Source: Sulfurospirillaceae bacterium (GTDB lineage Bacteria; Campylobacterota; Campylobacteria; Campylobacterales; Sulfurospirillaceae). From it: a stretch of 64,000 nucleotides of DNA. The position numbers were made by a program, and so were the translations under genes. Below are positions 20,835 through 31,180 of the stretch, one piece after another. The stretch lies in contig JAWVXD010000001.1 in assembly GCA_033723415.1 (NCBI GenBank), forward strand, positions 128,001 to 192,000, written 5' to 3'. Every line of letters begins with the position of its first letter. Within the stretch, counting starts at the first letter, position 1. The notes beneath the pieces are model-generated. The model was not told the DNA's origin and did not search any database. It saw only the letters and a program-made list of their open reading frames with translations.

Positions 20835-23800
20835 CACCAATTAAGCCTTTGGTTTGATCTTACTGATATGTTGGTATCAATTACATGACCAAGTTTTCCT
20901 TGTCCTGCCCAGTTGTTTGCTGCATTTTTAAATTCAACTATAAAATCATTTTCCGTAGCATTAGGATTTGCCTGATTATAGATTAACCAAGATTTTCCAT
21001 ACATCTGAATCTTATCTATATGTGGTGCTGCATGTGAAAGTGTTATAGTTTCTGTTCCATTATTTATTGTTCCTGAGCTACCAGGAGTAGAAGTGCCGCT
21101 TAATGCAGAAAATGAATTTGCTCCATTTGCACTTACATCGCCAAATGAGTTGTTTAAGTGCATTGGATTGAGGTACCAGTTTATTGAATCAACACTTTCA
21201 CTTCCATTTACGTCAAATGAAGATTTATTGCAGTCTTTACAGTAAACTTCATAGTATATCTTTGCATTTCCGGAGTTTCCATCAAACGTATAATCAGGTG
21301 CATGAACACGACCAAAGTAGAATGTGGTATTTTGATCCGTAGTTCGATCAAAATCATTGCCTGTTGTATTATTTGCATCTTGAATAGATATATTAAAGTC
21401 ATTTTTTGTAATTCTAAAAGGTTCATTTGGAAGAGATGCAGATCTTGCAAAGTTAAATCTGACCGCTAGATTAGGTGCAGTGCCATTTAAAAATTCGCTT
21501 TGTGTTGCGTTAAATTCTGCAGAACCAACCGTATTATTGCTGTCAAGAGAAGTATGAACGCCATCATCAAAATATCTTATCCTAGTTTTTGCATCAGGTA
21601 GTCCGTTGAGCCAATTTGTAGGATTATTGATAAGTGAAACAGTAAAATTGACATCTTGAGAGTAACAGTTTGCCGTATAATTAGTCGCAGTAGCATTAGT
21701 ATCTAATATAGCTGTTGTTTGTAAAATGATATTTGCACTCATATTGCCGTCATTGGAAAGATATGTAAAGTTTGAGTTATTAAAGTTTTGAACATTGACA
21801 GTATTGACAAAACTTTTTGGTAAAAATGTGAGTTGCTTGAGAGCAGAGACCATACATCCTACTTTTCCATTTGCATCTGGAGTAGAGCTGGAACTTCCGA
21901 CTACACAATCATCAAATGCTTTACCATCGGAAGCTCCTTGATCAGTTTTAGTCCAATTTTCGTCGTATAGTGTCAAGTTAACATCCCCTACGTTGTTAAA
22001 AACAAGAGGAGAATACGTTGATTGTCCCGCACTGCTAAATACGATGTTTGGCGTTAAACTGATATGATTTGCTGCAAGTCCGCATCCCGGTGGTATAGTC
22101 AAATCCAGAGAAGCATTGAGATCAGAAACATTGAGATCAGAAGCATTGGTTATCGTTTGATTATAATCTGCTGCCAGAGTGCCGCTTGCAGAGGTCGCAT
22201 TGATATCTAAAATATAATTTCTTCCGCCTATCAATGGATTTGTTGTATTTAAAGCAAGAGAGTATGATTTAGGACGTATAGAAAAATTATCTCTAGAGCA
22301 TACATATTTAGTTGTCCCATTTGCAGTATATGCGATTTTAAATGAGAGATTTCTTGATGCAAAAGCACTGTTGACAGACATATTTTTAGAACTAACATTG
22401 CTAAAAGTCAATGTCTGAGTTGTCCCTGCAATTGGCGTCGTAGCATCACATAATTGTTGTTTACAACTATCATGTGCACATAAGTTATAATCCGGCGTAT
22501 TGATCAAAGAAACATTGAGATCACCGGTGTAATTTTTTGTTGTGATTTTATCAGTATTTAATGCCAGTACTTTAACGTTAAATGTTTGTCCGACTATTTG
22601 AGTATTTAGGGCATTGAGTTGAACTCTATTGTCTAAAGGATCTGAAGTTCCGCTGAATTGGTCACTGACGACATTAAAAACTCCGGCAGGAGCGTATGCA
22701 GAAAATGCATTGTTAAAGTAGGAGCATTTCTTTGTCGGTACTCCATCGTAAGCAATGCCAAGTTGATCATTTCTATAGCTAAGTAGGTAAGTGTTTTCGC
22801 TGACATTTTGATCAGCTATGGTTGCATTATATTTGAATTTTGTTACATTACTAAAGTACAGAGTCCCTCCGACGGTGGATGTTGCTCCGGTGCCTAAAAA
22901 ATATTTTGAAGTATTAGTATCTGAAGAAAATGATGCATTGTCCCCATCAACGGCGTCCGTTCTGTTGGTATCATAATAATGTGTACCCGGGATCGGTGCG
23001 ATGTTCATACTTTCGGGAATATATGCGTATCCGGAGCCTTTGTCAAAAATTTTCTCTATGGATACCCCTTTTGCCGGTTCATAATCTTTGTTAGTGACAG
23101 TTACTTCAATAGTCACATTATCATCTAAATACGGCTTGTTGGTTGCACTTATAGGAGCACCTTTATACAAAACTTGTTCTTCGTAACAAACTGCCGGTTG
23201 ATATAATTCAGTTGAAAAGGCAAATACTCCTGGGAAATACTCGTCTGCAGACATGTTGTTTCCACTGCTACTGGTTAACGATATAGTGGTAGAAGTTTGA
23301 GAATTACCGATTATGGCGGGATTCCCCGTTGTTCCGACATCAAAAGTGCGTATATCGACACCAATCGTATTTTGGCAGCTAGGATTTCTATTTGTAATAT
23401 TGACTCCATTAATATCTTCAGAAGACCTGAATATATTGTCCCCAAGAGGTATCGGTGTCGGTGGTTGATTGTTGTTAGTCATTGTGACACTATCATATAG
23501 CGATATGTCCCCTTCACCAGCAAATACTAAAAATTTTGAATCAACAGCACCGAATGATGGCGTTAAAAAGCCTGACAACGTTGTTGATACAGTATTATTA
23601 TAGACATCTTGATAGCCATCAAAAACTGAAATATCTCTGAGTTTTGCAGAAGTATCCTTGTAAACGATCACCAACGCCCAAGCTCCAAAACCATTGTTGC
23701 TTACAGGAGAGTATACATTGGCGACCCATTGGGGTTCATTATATCCAGTACTGTCTATAGTAGCTGCGCCGACACTGTCTATACTGGCTTTTATTTGGCT

Positions 23801-25063
23801 CGTTACATCGGCAACGCCTTGATAATCACCATTGTGCCAGTTAAATTTTGAATTAATCGTCGTAAGGGTCTGATAGCTTGTCTGTCCGTATGGCTTGAAC
23901 TTGACGGTAGCTCCATTTATGACATTACTGTTTGAACCTGTTCTTCCTTGCCAATATAAAAGAGCGTATAAGATGTTTGCACTACCCACCTTTGGGGGAA
24001 GCACAAGATTTGCAGATGTTGAATTAAAAGTACTACTGTCTGCATCTAAATCGGCATCTACGATCGTCAGGTTGTTATTATTTGTATTGAGTGGGGCACA
24101 GACACCTCCGCTGTCTAGTTTGACAGAGTTACCGATAATCTGCATATCTCCGGTTATGTCATCTTTTTTATACAGGGCAAAGGGTCTTAAGTTATTCGTA
24201 CTGTAGTCGTTATTGGCTGGATTGTCATCATCCAATATAGTGATTTGTGCTGTACTTTTACTGATGCTCATCCCTCCTGTTGGATTTGAGAGCGTAATTG
24301 TAAAATATTCATTGTTTTCTATAGTTAGATCACCATTGACCTGTATAGGAATGTACTGAGTCGAAGTTGAGTTAAATGTTAAAGTACCAGATGTAGTGGC
24401 ATTGAAATCGCTGCCATTTGTAGCTGTTCCGTCTGTTATATTGTAATCTACACTATAAGTTCCACCAGTTGCATTTACCAATGTCACAGGTATATTTACC
24501 GTGTGATATCCATTGTTCCCTTCAGCAAAAGATACATCGGAGATTGTAAAAGAAGGGGCTACACTTTTGATATATATATTATCGATTAATACATTTTCCC
24601 CTCTTACCGTAGTATTTGGATTGATGGTCATAGCTAGATCGCCGTTTGCATCAGCTTGAGCAGTTATAGTCGGGAAATTATATGTTCCATTTACATAAGT
24701 TTGTGTAAACAGGCTACCATTTACTGTAACATTGAGGAAGTCTTGACTTTCACCTGAATTTTCCCATCCTCCATAAGGTGTTGCTTGTAGATCAACCGTA
24801 ACAGTCTGATTAGCATAAGCTATCCCAAGATGGTATATTTTTGAAGCTGTACGGTCTTTATCTATATTCATTTCTTGATTATAAGCACTGACGCCGTTCC
24901 CCGTCCAGTTATTTAAACCACTGGAGAAATCATCACTAGCTATAGTAGCTGCGAGTAGACTGTATGGGATAAAAAGTAAAAATAAGAAAATACGTAGAAA
25001 AAAGTTTAAATGAAAAATATGAGGCATAAGAACTTTTATTCTTGTGTTATTGTCTATAGTCAT
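20834..25063 (-). CDS. Large secreted adhesin-like protein with Calx-beta domain and MshQ-like C-terminus
   Basis: 1409 aa, N-terminal hydrophobic signal, Calx-beta (SVDYNITDGTATNGSDF..GTLTF..VNGD..IENNEYFTITLSNP), SRDNFSIRP and FYFGRVHAPD motifs; AAGGAGG SD. Confidence 0.75.
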   Translation of the reverse strand: MTIDNNTRIKVLMPHIFHLNFFLRIFLFLLFIPYSLLAATIASDDFSSGLNNWTGNGVSAYNQEMNIDKDRTASKIYHLGIAYANQTVTVDLQATPYGGWENSGESQDFLNVTVNGSLFTQTYVNGTYNFPTITAQADANGDLAMTINPNTTVRGENVLIDNIYIKSVAPSFTISDVSFAEGNNGYHTVNIPVTLVNATGGTYSVDYNITDGTATNGSDFNATTSGTLTFNSTSTQYIPIQVNGDLTIENNEYFTITLSNPTGGMSISKSTAQITILDDDNPANNDYSTNNLRPFALYKKDDITGDMQIIGNSVKLDSGGVCAPLNTNNNNLTIVDADLDADSSTFNSTSANLVLPPKVGSANILYALLYWQGRTGSNSNVINGATVKFKPYGQTSYQTLTTINSKFNWHNGDYQGVADVTSQIKASIDSVGAATIDSTGYNEPQWVANVYSPVSNNGFGAWALVIVYKDTSAKLRDISVFDGYQDVYNNTVSTTLSGFLTPSFGAVDSKFLVFAGEGDISLYDSVTMTNNNQPPTPIPLGDNIFRSSEDINGVNITNRNPSCQNTIGVDIRTFDVGTTGNPAIIGNSQTSTTISLTSSSGNNMSADEYFPGVFAFSTELYQPAVCYEEQVLYKGAPISATNKPYLDDNVTIEVTVTNKDYEPAKGVSIEKIFDKGSGYAYIPESMNIAPIPGTHYYDTNRTDAVDGDNASFSSDTNTSKYFLGTGATSTVGGTLYFSNVTKFKYNATIADQNVSENTYLLSYRNDQLGIAYDGVPTKKCSYFNNAFSAYAPAGVFNVVSDQFSGTSDPLDNRVQLNALNTQIVGQTFNVKVLALNTDKITTKNYTGDLNVSLINTPDYNLCAHDSCKQQLCDATTPIAGTTQTLTFSNVSSKNMSVNSAFASRNLSFKIAYTANGTTKYVCSRDNFSIRPKSYSLALNTTNPLIGGRNYILDINATSASGTLAADYNQTITNASDLNVSDLNASLDLTIPPGCGLAANHISLTPNIVFSSAGQSTYSPLVFNNVGDVNLTLYDENWTKTDQGASDGKAFDDCVVGSSSSTPDANGKVGCMVSALKQLTFLPKSFVNTVNVQNFNNSNFTYLSNDGNMSANIILQTTAILDTNATATNYTANCYSQDVNFTVSLINNPTNWLNGLPDAKTRIRYFDDGVHTSLDSNNTVGSAEFNATQSEFLNGTAPNLAVRFNFARSASLPNEPFRITKNDFNISIQDANNTTGNDFDRTTDQNTTFYFGRVHAPDYTFDGNSGNAKIYYEVYCKDCNKSSFDVNGSESVDSINWYLNPMHLNNSFGDVSANGANSFSALSGTSTPGSSGTINNGTETITLSHAAPHIDKIQMYGKSWLIYNQANPNATENDFIVEFKNAANNWAGQGKLGHVIDTNISVRSNQRLNW
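22110..22148. repeat. Intragenic 15-bp tandem repeat (~2.6 copies)
   Basis: GAAGCATTGAGATCA/GAAACATTGAGATCA/GAAGCATTG, encoding NASDLNVSDLNAS. Confidence 0.8.
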
Positions 25064-25227
25064 GACATGCCTCCTTCCATATAGTATTATACTTTTAGTG
25101 TAGGCATTATTGAAGGTTACAATTATAAATATCTATTTTTTGCAACCCAACCACCCACCTTATTATTATAAAAACATAATAATGTTGCTTATTTATTCTA
25201 CAATGATAAAAGTAAAATTATACTTAA

Positions 25228-25605
25228 TTAAATATACTTAGAAATACTTTCAACTAAGCCAAAATCATTATATTTATTTACATCAAGTAAAACTTGTGCC
25301 ATAATTTTTTTGTCAAGATTGAAAATCAACGGTGCAATGAAATTAATAGTAGAGTCTTCTATCGGTTCTGTCGTAACCATTATGTTGAATATAGAAATAT
25401 TTGTCTCTTTATCTATCTCTAAAAGATTCTTAAAATACTCAGGCACTTCAAAATTATAATCTCTTAGCATAAACGGATTGATAAGAGTAAAAGTAGTTGT
25501 GCCATCAGGACTTTTTATTTTCATAAAAAAATCATCAATTTTTTCTAAATCAATCTTTTTAATTTTGTCAAATCCTAAAATCGGTGATATTATGTCAAAC
25601 GTCAT
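25228..25605 (-). CDS. fliW: Flagellar assembly factor FliW
   Basis: SPILGF, FTLINPFMLRDYNFEVP, STINFIAPLIFN..MAQV; AGAAGGAAG SD before ATG at 25605. Confidence 0.92.
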   Translation of the reverse strand: MTFDIISPILGFDKIKKIDLEKIDDFFMKIKSPDGTTTFTLINPFMLRDYNFEVPEYFKNLLEIDKETNISIFNIMVTTEPIEDSTINFIAPLIFNLDKKIMAQVLLDVNKYNDFGLVESISKYI

Positions 25606-25795
25606 AAACTTCCTTCTGGTGTTTAGTAATTTTATTATATCAAAGCACAAATAATATATCGGTAAATATGAAAAAAATTCAACTTTTATTTTCTGATAAC
25701 TAAAAAAAAGATACAATACAAACTCATTAACTAACCTTGTAAAAAGTGAATAAAGACAATACAAGGTCGAGTTATTTAATCTATTAAGGAAAACA

Positions 25796-26443
25796 TTGAT
25801 GAAAATCTATAAAGTTTTGTTGATCTCTATTTTTGTACTATTGGTAAGCGGCTGTTCTACGAAAGAAAAAGTTGCTATATATAACAAGCCTGCACTATAC
25901 TGGTATGACAAAATTATCAAAGAAGTACAAAATCAAGATCTAGAAAAAGCAGATGACTATTTTACATCTTTATCTAGTGAACACGTTGAATCACCTCTGC
26001 TTCCAACAAGTATGATGATGCTGGCACATGCTCATATGCAGGCGGAAGAGTATATTCTTGCCAACTTTTATTTGGATGAATATATTAAAAGATTCGGAGA
26101 TGCAAAAAACAGTGAATATGCAAGATTTTTGAAGATTAAAGCAAATTTTGACTCTTTTTCTCACCCAAATAGAAATCAACAGCTTTTGCTAGATACCATA
26201 GCCAATACAAAAGCATTTGTGATAAAATATCCAAATTCAGAGTTTAGGCCGATGGTTGAGACAATGCTGGTAAAATTACAATTGGCAAATCTTCAATTGA
26301 CTGAGCAGATAGCAAGTCTTTACAAACGACTTGATAAGCCAAAAGCCAGTAAAATCTATGAAAAGGAGATTAAAGATTCTTCATTGAAAAATGCGGACAT
26401 GATAAAACCTCATGTTTCATGGTTTAGATCCCTTTTTGAATAA
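25796..26443 (+). CDS. bamD: Outer membrane protein assembly lipoprotein BamD
   Basis: Lipobox VSGC, YNKPALYWY, SEHVESPLL, ANFYLDEYIKRFG; synteny with lon and fliW. Confidence 0.9.
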   Translation: MMKIYKVLLISIFVLLVSGCSTKEKVAIYNKPALYWYDKIIKEVQNQDLEKADDYFTSLSSEHVESPLLPTSMMMLAHAHMQAEEYILANFYLDEYIKRFGDAKNSEYARFLKIKANFDSFSHPNRNQQLLLDTIANTKAFVIKYPNSEFRPMVETMLVKLQLANLQLTEQIASLYKRLDKPKASKIYEKEIKDSSLKNADMIKPHVSWFRSLFE

Positions 26444-26480
26444 ATAACGATAGTTTCTAACATATAACCGAGGAGATATA

Positions 26481-28901
26481 ATGCAATTAAATAACTATAC
26501 ACAATTTCCTACGACTCTACCTATTTTAGTAGAGGATAACATTTTTTTATATCCTTTTATGATTTCTCCGATTTTTTTATCTGATGAAGAGAATATCGAA
26601 GCTGTAAATTCATCATTGGCAAATAATACTTTAATCATGGTTTGTCCTTCCAAATCCTCAGAAGAGGGAGGAAGAGATTTTGCTAGCATCTATGATGCAG
26701 GTGTTATAGGTTCTATCATGAGAAAAGTTGAACTTCCTGATGGAAGAGTGAAGGTGCTTTTCCAAGGAATGCAAAAAGGAAAGATAACGCAAGAGGTTGG
26801 AACAGATCCATTAAGAGCTATAGTGGATGTCATAAAATCCAATGAATCCAAATCTCAAACAAGCGAAGCAGGTCTTGTAATCTTAAAAGAAAAAGTACAG
26901 ACTTTAGCAAGGATAAGTAACTACTTTCCACCAGATTTTTTAAAGACCATCAACGATAATAATGAAGTGCATAGAGTTTGCGATCTTGTTGCAAGCAGTA
27001 TGAGGCTAAAAAAAGATCAGGCATATGAGCTTTTTATCATTGAAGATGACGAAGCAAAACTTCTGAAGCTTATGGAGTTTTTGATGGCAGAGATCGAAGC
27101 AAGCAAGCTTCAAAAAGAGATAAAAACAAAAACACACTCTCAAATAGATAAGATAAACAAAGAATACTTTCTAAAAGAACAATTAAAACAGATTCAAAAA
27201 GAATTAGGCACTGATAATCAAAGAGATGAAGAGATCGGAGAATATAGAAGAAAATTAGAGCTGAAAAAGAAATATATGGAAGAAGATGCATACAAAGAGA
27301 TATCAAAACAGATTGATAAACTATCACGTATGCATCCGGATTCTAGTGACGCTAGCATGATACAGAGTTATCTTGACTGGGTTATTGAGATCCCGTTTGA
27401 GAAACAAGCATCAAAGAAACTAGATATTTTAGATGTCAGATCACAGCTTGACAAAGATCATTACTCTTTGAAAAAGCCAAAAGATAGAATAGAGGAGTAT
27501 TTTGCAGTAAGAGAGCTTCTAGATAGAAGAGGTATAAAAGATAAAACTTCAAAGGGTGCCATACTCTGTTTTGCAGGACCTCCCGGTGTTGGGAAAACAT
27601 CACTTGCAAACTCAATTGCTACGGCATTAAAAAGAGAGTTGATTAGAGTAGCTCTTGGCGGGCTTGAAGATGTAAATGAGCTAAGAGGACACAGAAGAAC
27701 GTATATCGGAGCTATGCCTGGACGTATAATCCAAGGTATTATCGAAGCAAAACAGATGAATCCGGTTGTAGTTTTAGATGAGATCGATAAGGTAGCAAGA
27801 AGCTATAGAGGGGATCCTACGGCTGTTTTACTTGAGATTTTAGATCCTGAACAAAACAATAAATTTAGAGATTATTATCTCAATTTTAATGTAGATCTAA
27901 GTAAGGTTATTTTTATTGCAACGGCGAATGATGTGTCTTCTATCCCGGCACCTTTGCGTGACAGGATGGAATTTATATTTTTAAATTCATATACGCCTCA
28001 AGAAAAATATCAAATAGCTAGAAAATATCTTCTTCCTCAAGAATTGAAAAAACATGGATTGAAAAATAGTGAGATATCTATAGCAAAACCTACTTTAGAG
28101 ATGATTATTGCAAATTATACCAGAGAATCAGGTGTACGTAATCTAAGAAGAAGATTAGCTGAGATCTTGAGAAAATGTGCTAAGCAACTCTTATTGAACC
28201 CAAGTAACGAAAAGATTATTATAAATAACAAAAATATAAAAGATTATCTAGAAAAAACTGTTTTTGAAATCGAAGAAAAAGAGAAAGTTGATCTTATCGG
28301 ACAAGTCAATGGACTTGCATGGACAAGCGTAGGTGGAGATGTTCTGAAAATAGAAGCAATAAAAATACAAGGAAAAGGTGGGTTACAACTTACTGGTTCT
28401 CTTGGCGATGTCATGAAAGAATCAGCAAGGATTGCACAAAGTGTAATAAAAGTGCTTATTGACAATAATAAACTTGATATCCCCCTTAGTATTATTCCAA
28501 AATCGACATCTGACAAGGACGGCACGAAAGCTAAAGTAACTCCTAGTGATGTTTACAGAAGATATGACTTACACATACATGTACCTGAGGGAGCAACTCC
28601 AAAAGACGGTCCAAGTGCAGGTATAACGATGGCAACGGCTATTGCATCAATACTCTCAAATAAAAAAGTCAGAAGTGATGTGGCAATGACCGGTGAATTG
28701 ACACTTAGTGGGAAAGTGCTACCTATAGGCGGACTAAAAGAGAAGTTGATCGCTGCTTATAAAGCTAAGATAAAAACAGTTTTGATACCTAAGAAAAATT
28801 ATGAGAGAGATTTAGAAGATATACCTGAAGAAGTAAAATCAAAAATGGAATTTATCCCTGTAACTAGGGTAGAAGAAGTTTTAAAGCAAGCACTTATATA
28901 A
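26481..28901 (+). CDS. lon: Lon protease
   Basis: [30 protein letters not shown] catalytic Ser, IGGLKEK. Confidence 0.98.
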   Translation: MQLNNYTQFPTTLPILVEDNIFLYPFMISPIFLSDEENIEAVNSSLANNTLIMVCPSKSSEEGGRDFASIYDAGVIGSIMRKVELPDGRVKVLFQGMQKGKITQEVGTDPLRAIVDVIKSNESKSQTSEAGLVILKEKVQTLARISNYFPPDFLKTINDNNEVHRVCDLVASSMRLKKDQAYELFIIEDDEAKLLKLMEFLMAEIEASKLQKEIKTKTHSQIDKINKEYFLKEQLKQIQKELGTDNQRDEEIGEYRRKLELKKKYMEEDAYKEISKQIDKLSRMHPDSSDASMIQSYLDWVIEIPFEKQASKKLDILDVRSQLDKDHYSLKKPKDRIEEYFAVRELLDRRGIKDKTSKGAILCFAGPPGVGKTSLANSIATALKRELIRVALGGLEDVNELRGHRRTYIGAMPGRIIQGIIEAKQMNPVVVLDEIDKVARSYRGDPTAVLLEILDPEQNNKFRDYYLNFNVDLSKVIFIATANDVSSIPAPLRDRMEFIFLNSYTPQEKYQIARKYLLPQELKKHGLKNSEISIAKPTLEMIIANYTRESGVRNLRRRLAEILRKCAKQLLLNPSNEKIIINNKNIKDYLEKTVFEIEEKEKVDLIGQVNGLAWTSVGGDVLKIEAIKIQGKGGLQLTGSLGDVMKESARIAQSVIKVLIDNNKLDIPLSIIPKSTSDKDGTKAKVTPSDVYRRYDLHIHVPEGATPKDGPSAGITMATAIASILSNKKVRSDVAMTGELTLSGKVLPIGGLKEKLIAAYKAKIKTVLIPKKNYERDLEDIPEEVKSKMEFIPVTRVEEVLKQALI

Positions 28902-28912
28902 AGTGCTTGCTT
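28884..28912. terminator. Hairpin between convergent lon and rpsR
   Basis: AAGCAAGCACTT-ATATA-AAGTGCTTGCTT, 12-bp stem. Confidence 0.7.
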
Positions 28913-28918
28913 GTTAAA

Positions 28919-29185
28919 TTATTGAGTTAGTAGATCAAATGGAGTTGCAACAACTTTTTTAGTGTTTACAACATATGGGATCAACGCAGTAGCTCTTGCT
29001 CTTTTAATAGCTAGTTCTACCATCTCTTGATGTCTTTTGCAGTTGCCTGTTAATCTTCTAGGCATGATTTTATATCGCTCAGATAAAGAGTGTTTGAACA
29101 ATTTTGTATCTTTATAATCCATGAACTCTATCTTTGCTTCACAATATGTACAATATTTTCTTGCGTATTTTCTTTTTTCTGCCAT
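28919..29185 (-). CDS. rpsR: 30S ribosomal protein S18
   Basis: [28 protein letters not shown]. Confidence 0.97.
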   Translation of the reverse strand: MAEKRKYARKYCTYCEAKIEFMDYKDTKLFKHSLSERYKIMPRRLTGNCKRHQEMVELAIKRARATALIPYVVNTKKVVATPFDLLTQ

Positions 29186-29209
29186 TTTTTATCCTTTTTT
29201 CATCTTATA

Positions 29210-29674
29210 CTAAAATGGTATTTCATCTTCATCTATATCGATGACAGGTGTTTCATTACCATTGTGTTGGGGAGCAGTTTGTTTATAATTTTTTTGCTCA
29301 CTACTATAACTTTGTTGCTCAGGTTTATAGTCGCTGCCCTCGTTTGAGCCTTTAGAGTCTAACATTTGCATATTATCAACTACAACAGAGTGTTTACTTC
29401 TCTTATTGCCTGTTTGGTCAGTCCACTGGTCAAGTTTTAATCTACCCTCAACCATGATCTTTTTACCTCTGTTGAGATATTGATTTGCGATTTCAGCTGT
29501 TCTCCCAAAGAAAGTTATATCTATAAAACAGACTTCTTCACTCATGCTTCCGTCTTGTTTTTTAAATTTTCTGTTGGTTGCAATTCCTGTTGTACAAACA
29601 GCTCCACCACTTGGCATATATCTAAGTTCCGGATCTCTTGTTAAGTTTCCTAATAAAATTACTTTGTTAAACAT
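29210..29674 (-). CDS. ssb: Single-stranded DNA-binding protein
   Basis: MFNKVILLGNLTRDPELRY, C-terminal DEDEIPF. Confidence 0.97.
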   Translation of the reverse strand: MFNKVILLGNLTRDPELRYMPSGGAVCTTGIATNRKFKKQDGSMSEEVCFIDITFFGRTAEIANQYLNRGKKIMVEGRLKLDQWTDQTGNKRSKHSVVVDNMQMLDSKGSNEGSDYKPEQQSYSSEQKNYKQTAPQHNGNETPVIDIDEDEIPF

Positions 29675-29694
29675 GGTGCGACTCCTGTATATCT

Positions 29695-30108
29695 CTAGTC
29701 TTCGACAGTTTCTGTTGCTACACTTTCTTCTGCTTTTTCTTCGACTGTTTCTTCAGCTTTTTCTTCGACTATCTTTGGCGAATATTTTGCAACTTGTTTG
29801 TTCCAGAAGCTAAGTTCTTTTTGGTTCTCGAACTTAACGCTCATGTATCTGATGAATTCTTCAGTTATTCGTATAATTCTCTCTAGTTCGGCAATTGCAG
29901 ATGTAGGAGCTTTAAAATAAAATACACTGTAATATCCTCTATCATGCTTTTCGATAGGATATGCAAGTCTTCTTGTCTTCATATCTTGAATAGCAGCGAT
30001 TTCGGCACCGTTTTTTTCCAAAACTTCTTTAATGAAGTTAATCTTTGCCTTTGTCTCTTCTTCTGTAAGAGTAGGCTTAAGTACTGTTAGCAACTCATAA
30101 TGTCGCAT
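29695..30108 (-). CDS. rpsF: 30S ribosomal protein S6
   Basis: [28 protein letters not shown]. Confidence 0.97.
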   Translation of the reverse strand: MRHYELLTVLKPTLTEEETKAKINFIKEVLEKNGAEIAAIQDMKTRRLAYPIEKHDRGYYSVFYFKAPTSAIAELERIIRITEEFIRYMSVKFENQKELSFWNKQVAKYSPKIVEEKAEETVEEKAEESVATETVED

Positions 30109-30113
30109 TTTTT

Positions 30114-30150
30114 CTCCTTGTGGTTTTCACCCATTACTGAGTAAGGATGG
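30114..30150 (-). ncRNA. S6:S18-type ribosomal protein leader RNA (autoregulatory)
   Basis: Minus strand CCATCCTT-ACTC-AGTAAT-GGGT-GAAAA-CCAC-AAGGAG: anti-SD pairing, inner hairpin and unpaired CC before the SD; TATAAT at 30188-30193. Confidence 0.6.
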
Positions 30151-30193
30151 TATATTGCTTTGACTATAAAAATAGTTCAAGGGTGCGATTATA

Positions 30194-31180
30194 CTATAAG
30201 AAAGTTTGAAGTTTTATTAATGTTGATAGGAGAAGCGAGTTTTTATCTATATTTTGCATTTTTTTTAGTTTTAATTCATTTTCAAAAAGTAAGTCAAACA
30301 TACTTTTGTAAGCTTCTAGATTTATCATCATACTTAATTTTGATTTTTCATTTGCAATTTGAGGCGGAAGAGGGTATCCAAGTATTTCTTTTGGGTCAAA
30401 TCTGCCGTTGATCTTTATAAATGAGTGAAATAAAAACAGTTGGGTCAAGTTTGTCTCAATAGCATTAATAATGCGCACTTCATCGGCATTGCCAGATTCT
30501 AGAAGTTTGGTATATGTTTCTCGTATATCTTTCTTTTGTAGTAGTTCAGTTATAAATTTATCCATACTTATAGTGCCTACTCCATAAATAAGTCGGTCAA
30601 TATCTGCTATTTCTATATCTTTATCCAAAATACTGAGTTTGTTTAGATCATTTATACAAAGTGCTATGTCTTCATCTTCAAGCTGGAATAAATGTGAAAG
30701 AGCAAATTTACTTATTTTTATATTCATCTCTTTTGCTGCCATATCCAGCATAAACAAAGCTTCTCCCTGATTTGGGCGAAAAAATCTCACAAAACCTGCA
30801 TGCATCTTTGTTGTAAACGATTTCTCAAGGTTTTTAGCTTTTTTATCATCTCCGAAAAATTGATAAATTAAAAAATTTCCCTCATTCTTTAAACATAATC
30901 CTACTAAGACATCCAGCTCTTTTTTAGGAACTACGACATCTGTTTTTATGATCAAAATATTTCTGTCCCCAAAAAGTGAAGACTGAGAGAGGAAATTTTT
31001 TGCAGCTGCAATATTGTATTCATCATAATGAAGCAATAATTTTTCTTCAGGCTGTGCACCCAGCTTTTCTAAAGTTTTGGCTGCATTCTGGTTATTTTGA
31101 TATATACAACTACCGTAAAACAGTATTGATTTCGGTAATTGTCCTTTTTGTAAAATATTTTCAAATTCTCTTTTATACAT
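30194..31180 (-). CDS. holA: DNA polymerase III delta subunit
   Basis: MYKREFE, LSQSSLFGDRNILIIK, VRFFRP, EILGYPLPPQIA. Confidence 0.9.
   Translation of the reverse strand: MYKREFENILQKGQLPKSILFYGSCIYQNNQNAAKTLEKLGAQPEEKLLLHYDEYNIAAAKNFLSQSSLFGDRNILIIKTDVVVPKKELDVLVGLCLKNEGNFLIYQFFGDDKKAKNLEKSFTTKMHAGFVRFFRPNQGEALFMLDMAAKEMNIKISKFALSHLFQLEDEDIALCINDLNKLSILDKDIEIADIDRLIYGVGTISMDKFITELLQKKDIRETYTKLLESGNADEVRIINAIETNLTQLFLFHSFIKINGRFDPKEILGYPLPPQIANEKSKLSMMINLEAYKSMFDLLFENELKLKKMQNIDKNSLLLSTLIKLQTFL

Noticed and set aside
29720..29775. 24-bp tandem repeat at the 3' end of rpsF
   Set aside because: Encodes the ordinary acidic low-complexity S6 tail (VEEKAEET)
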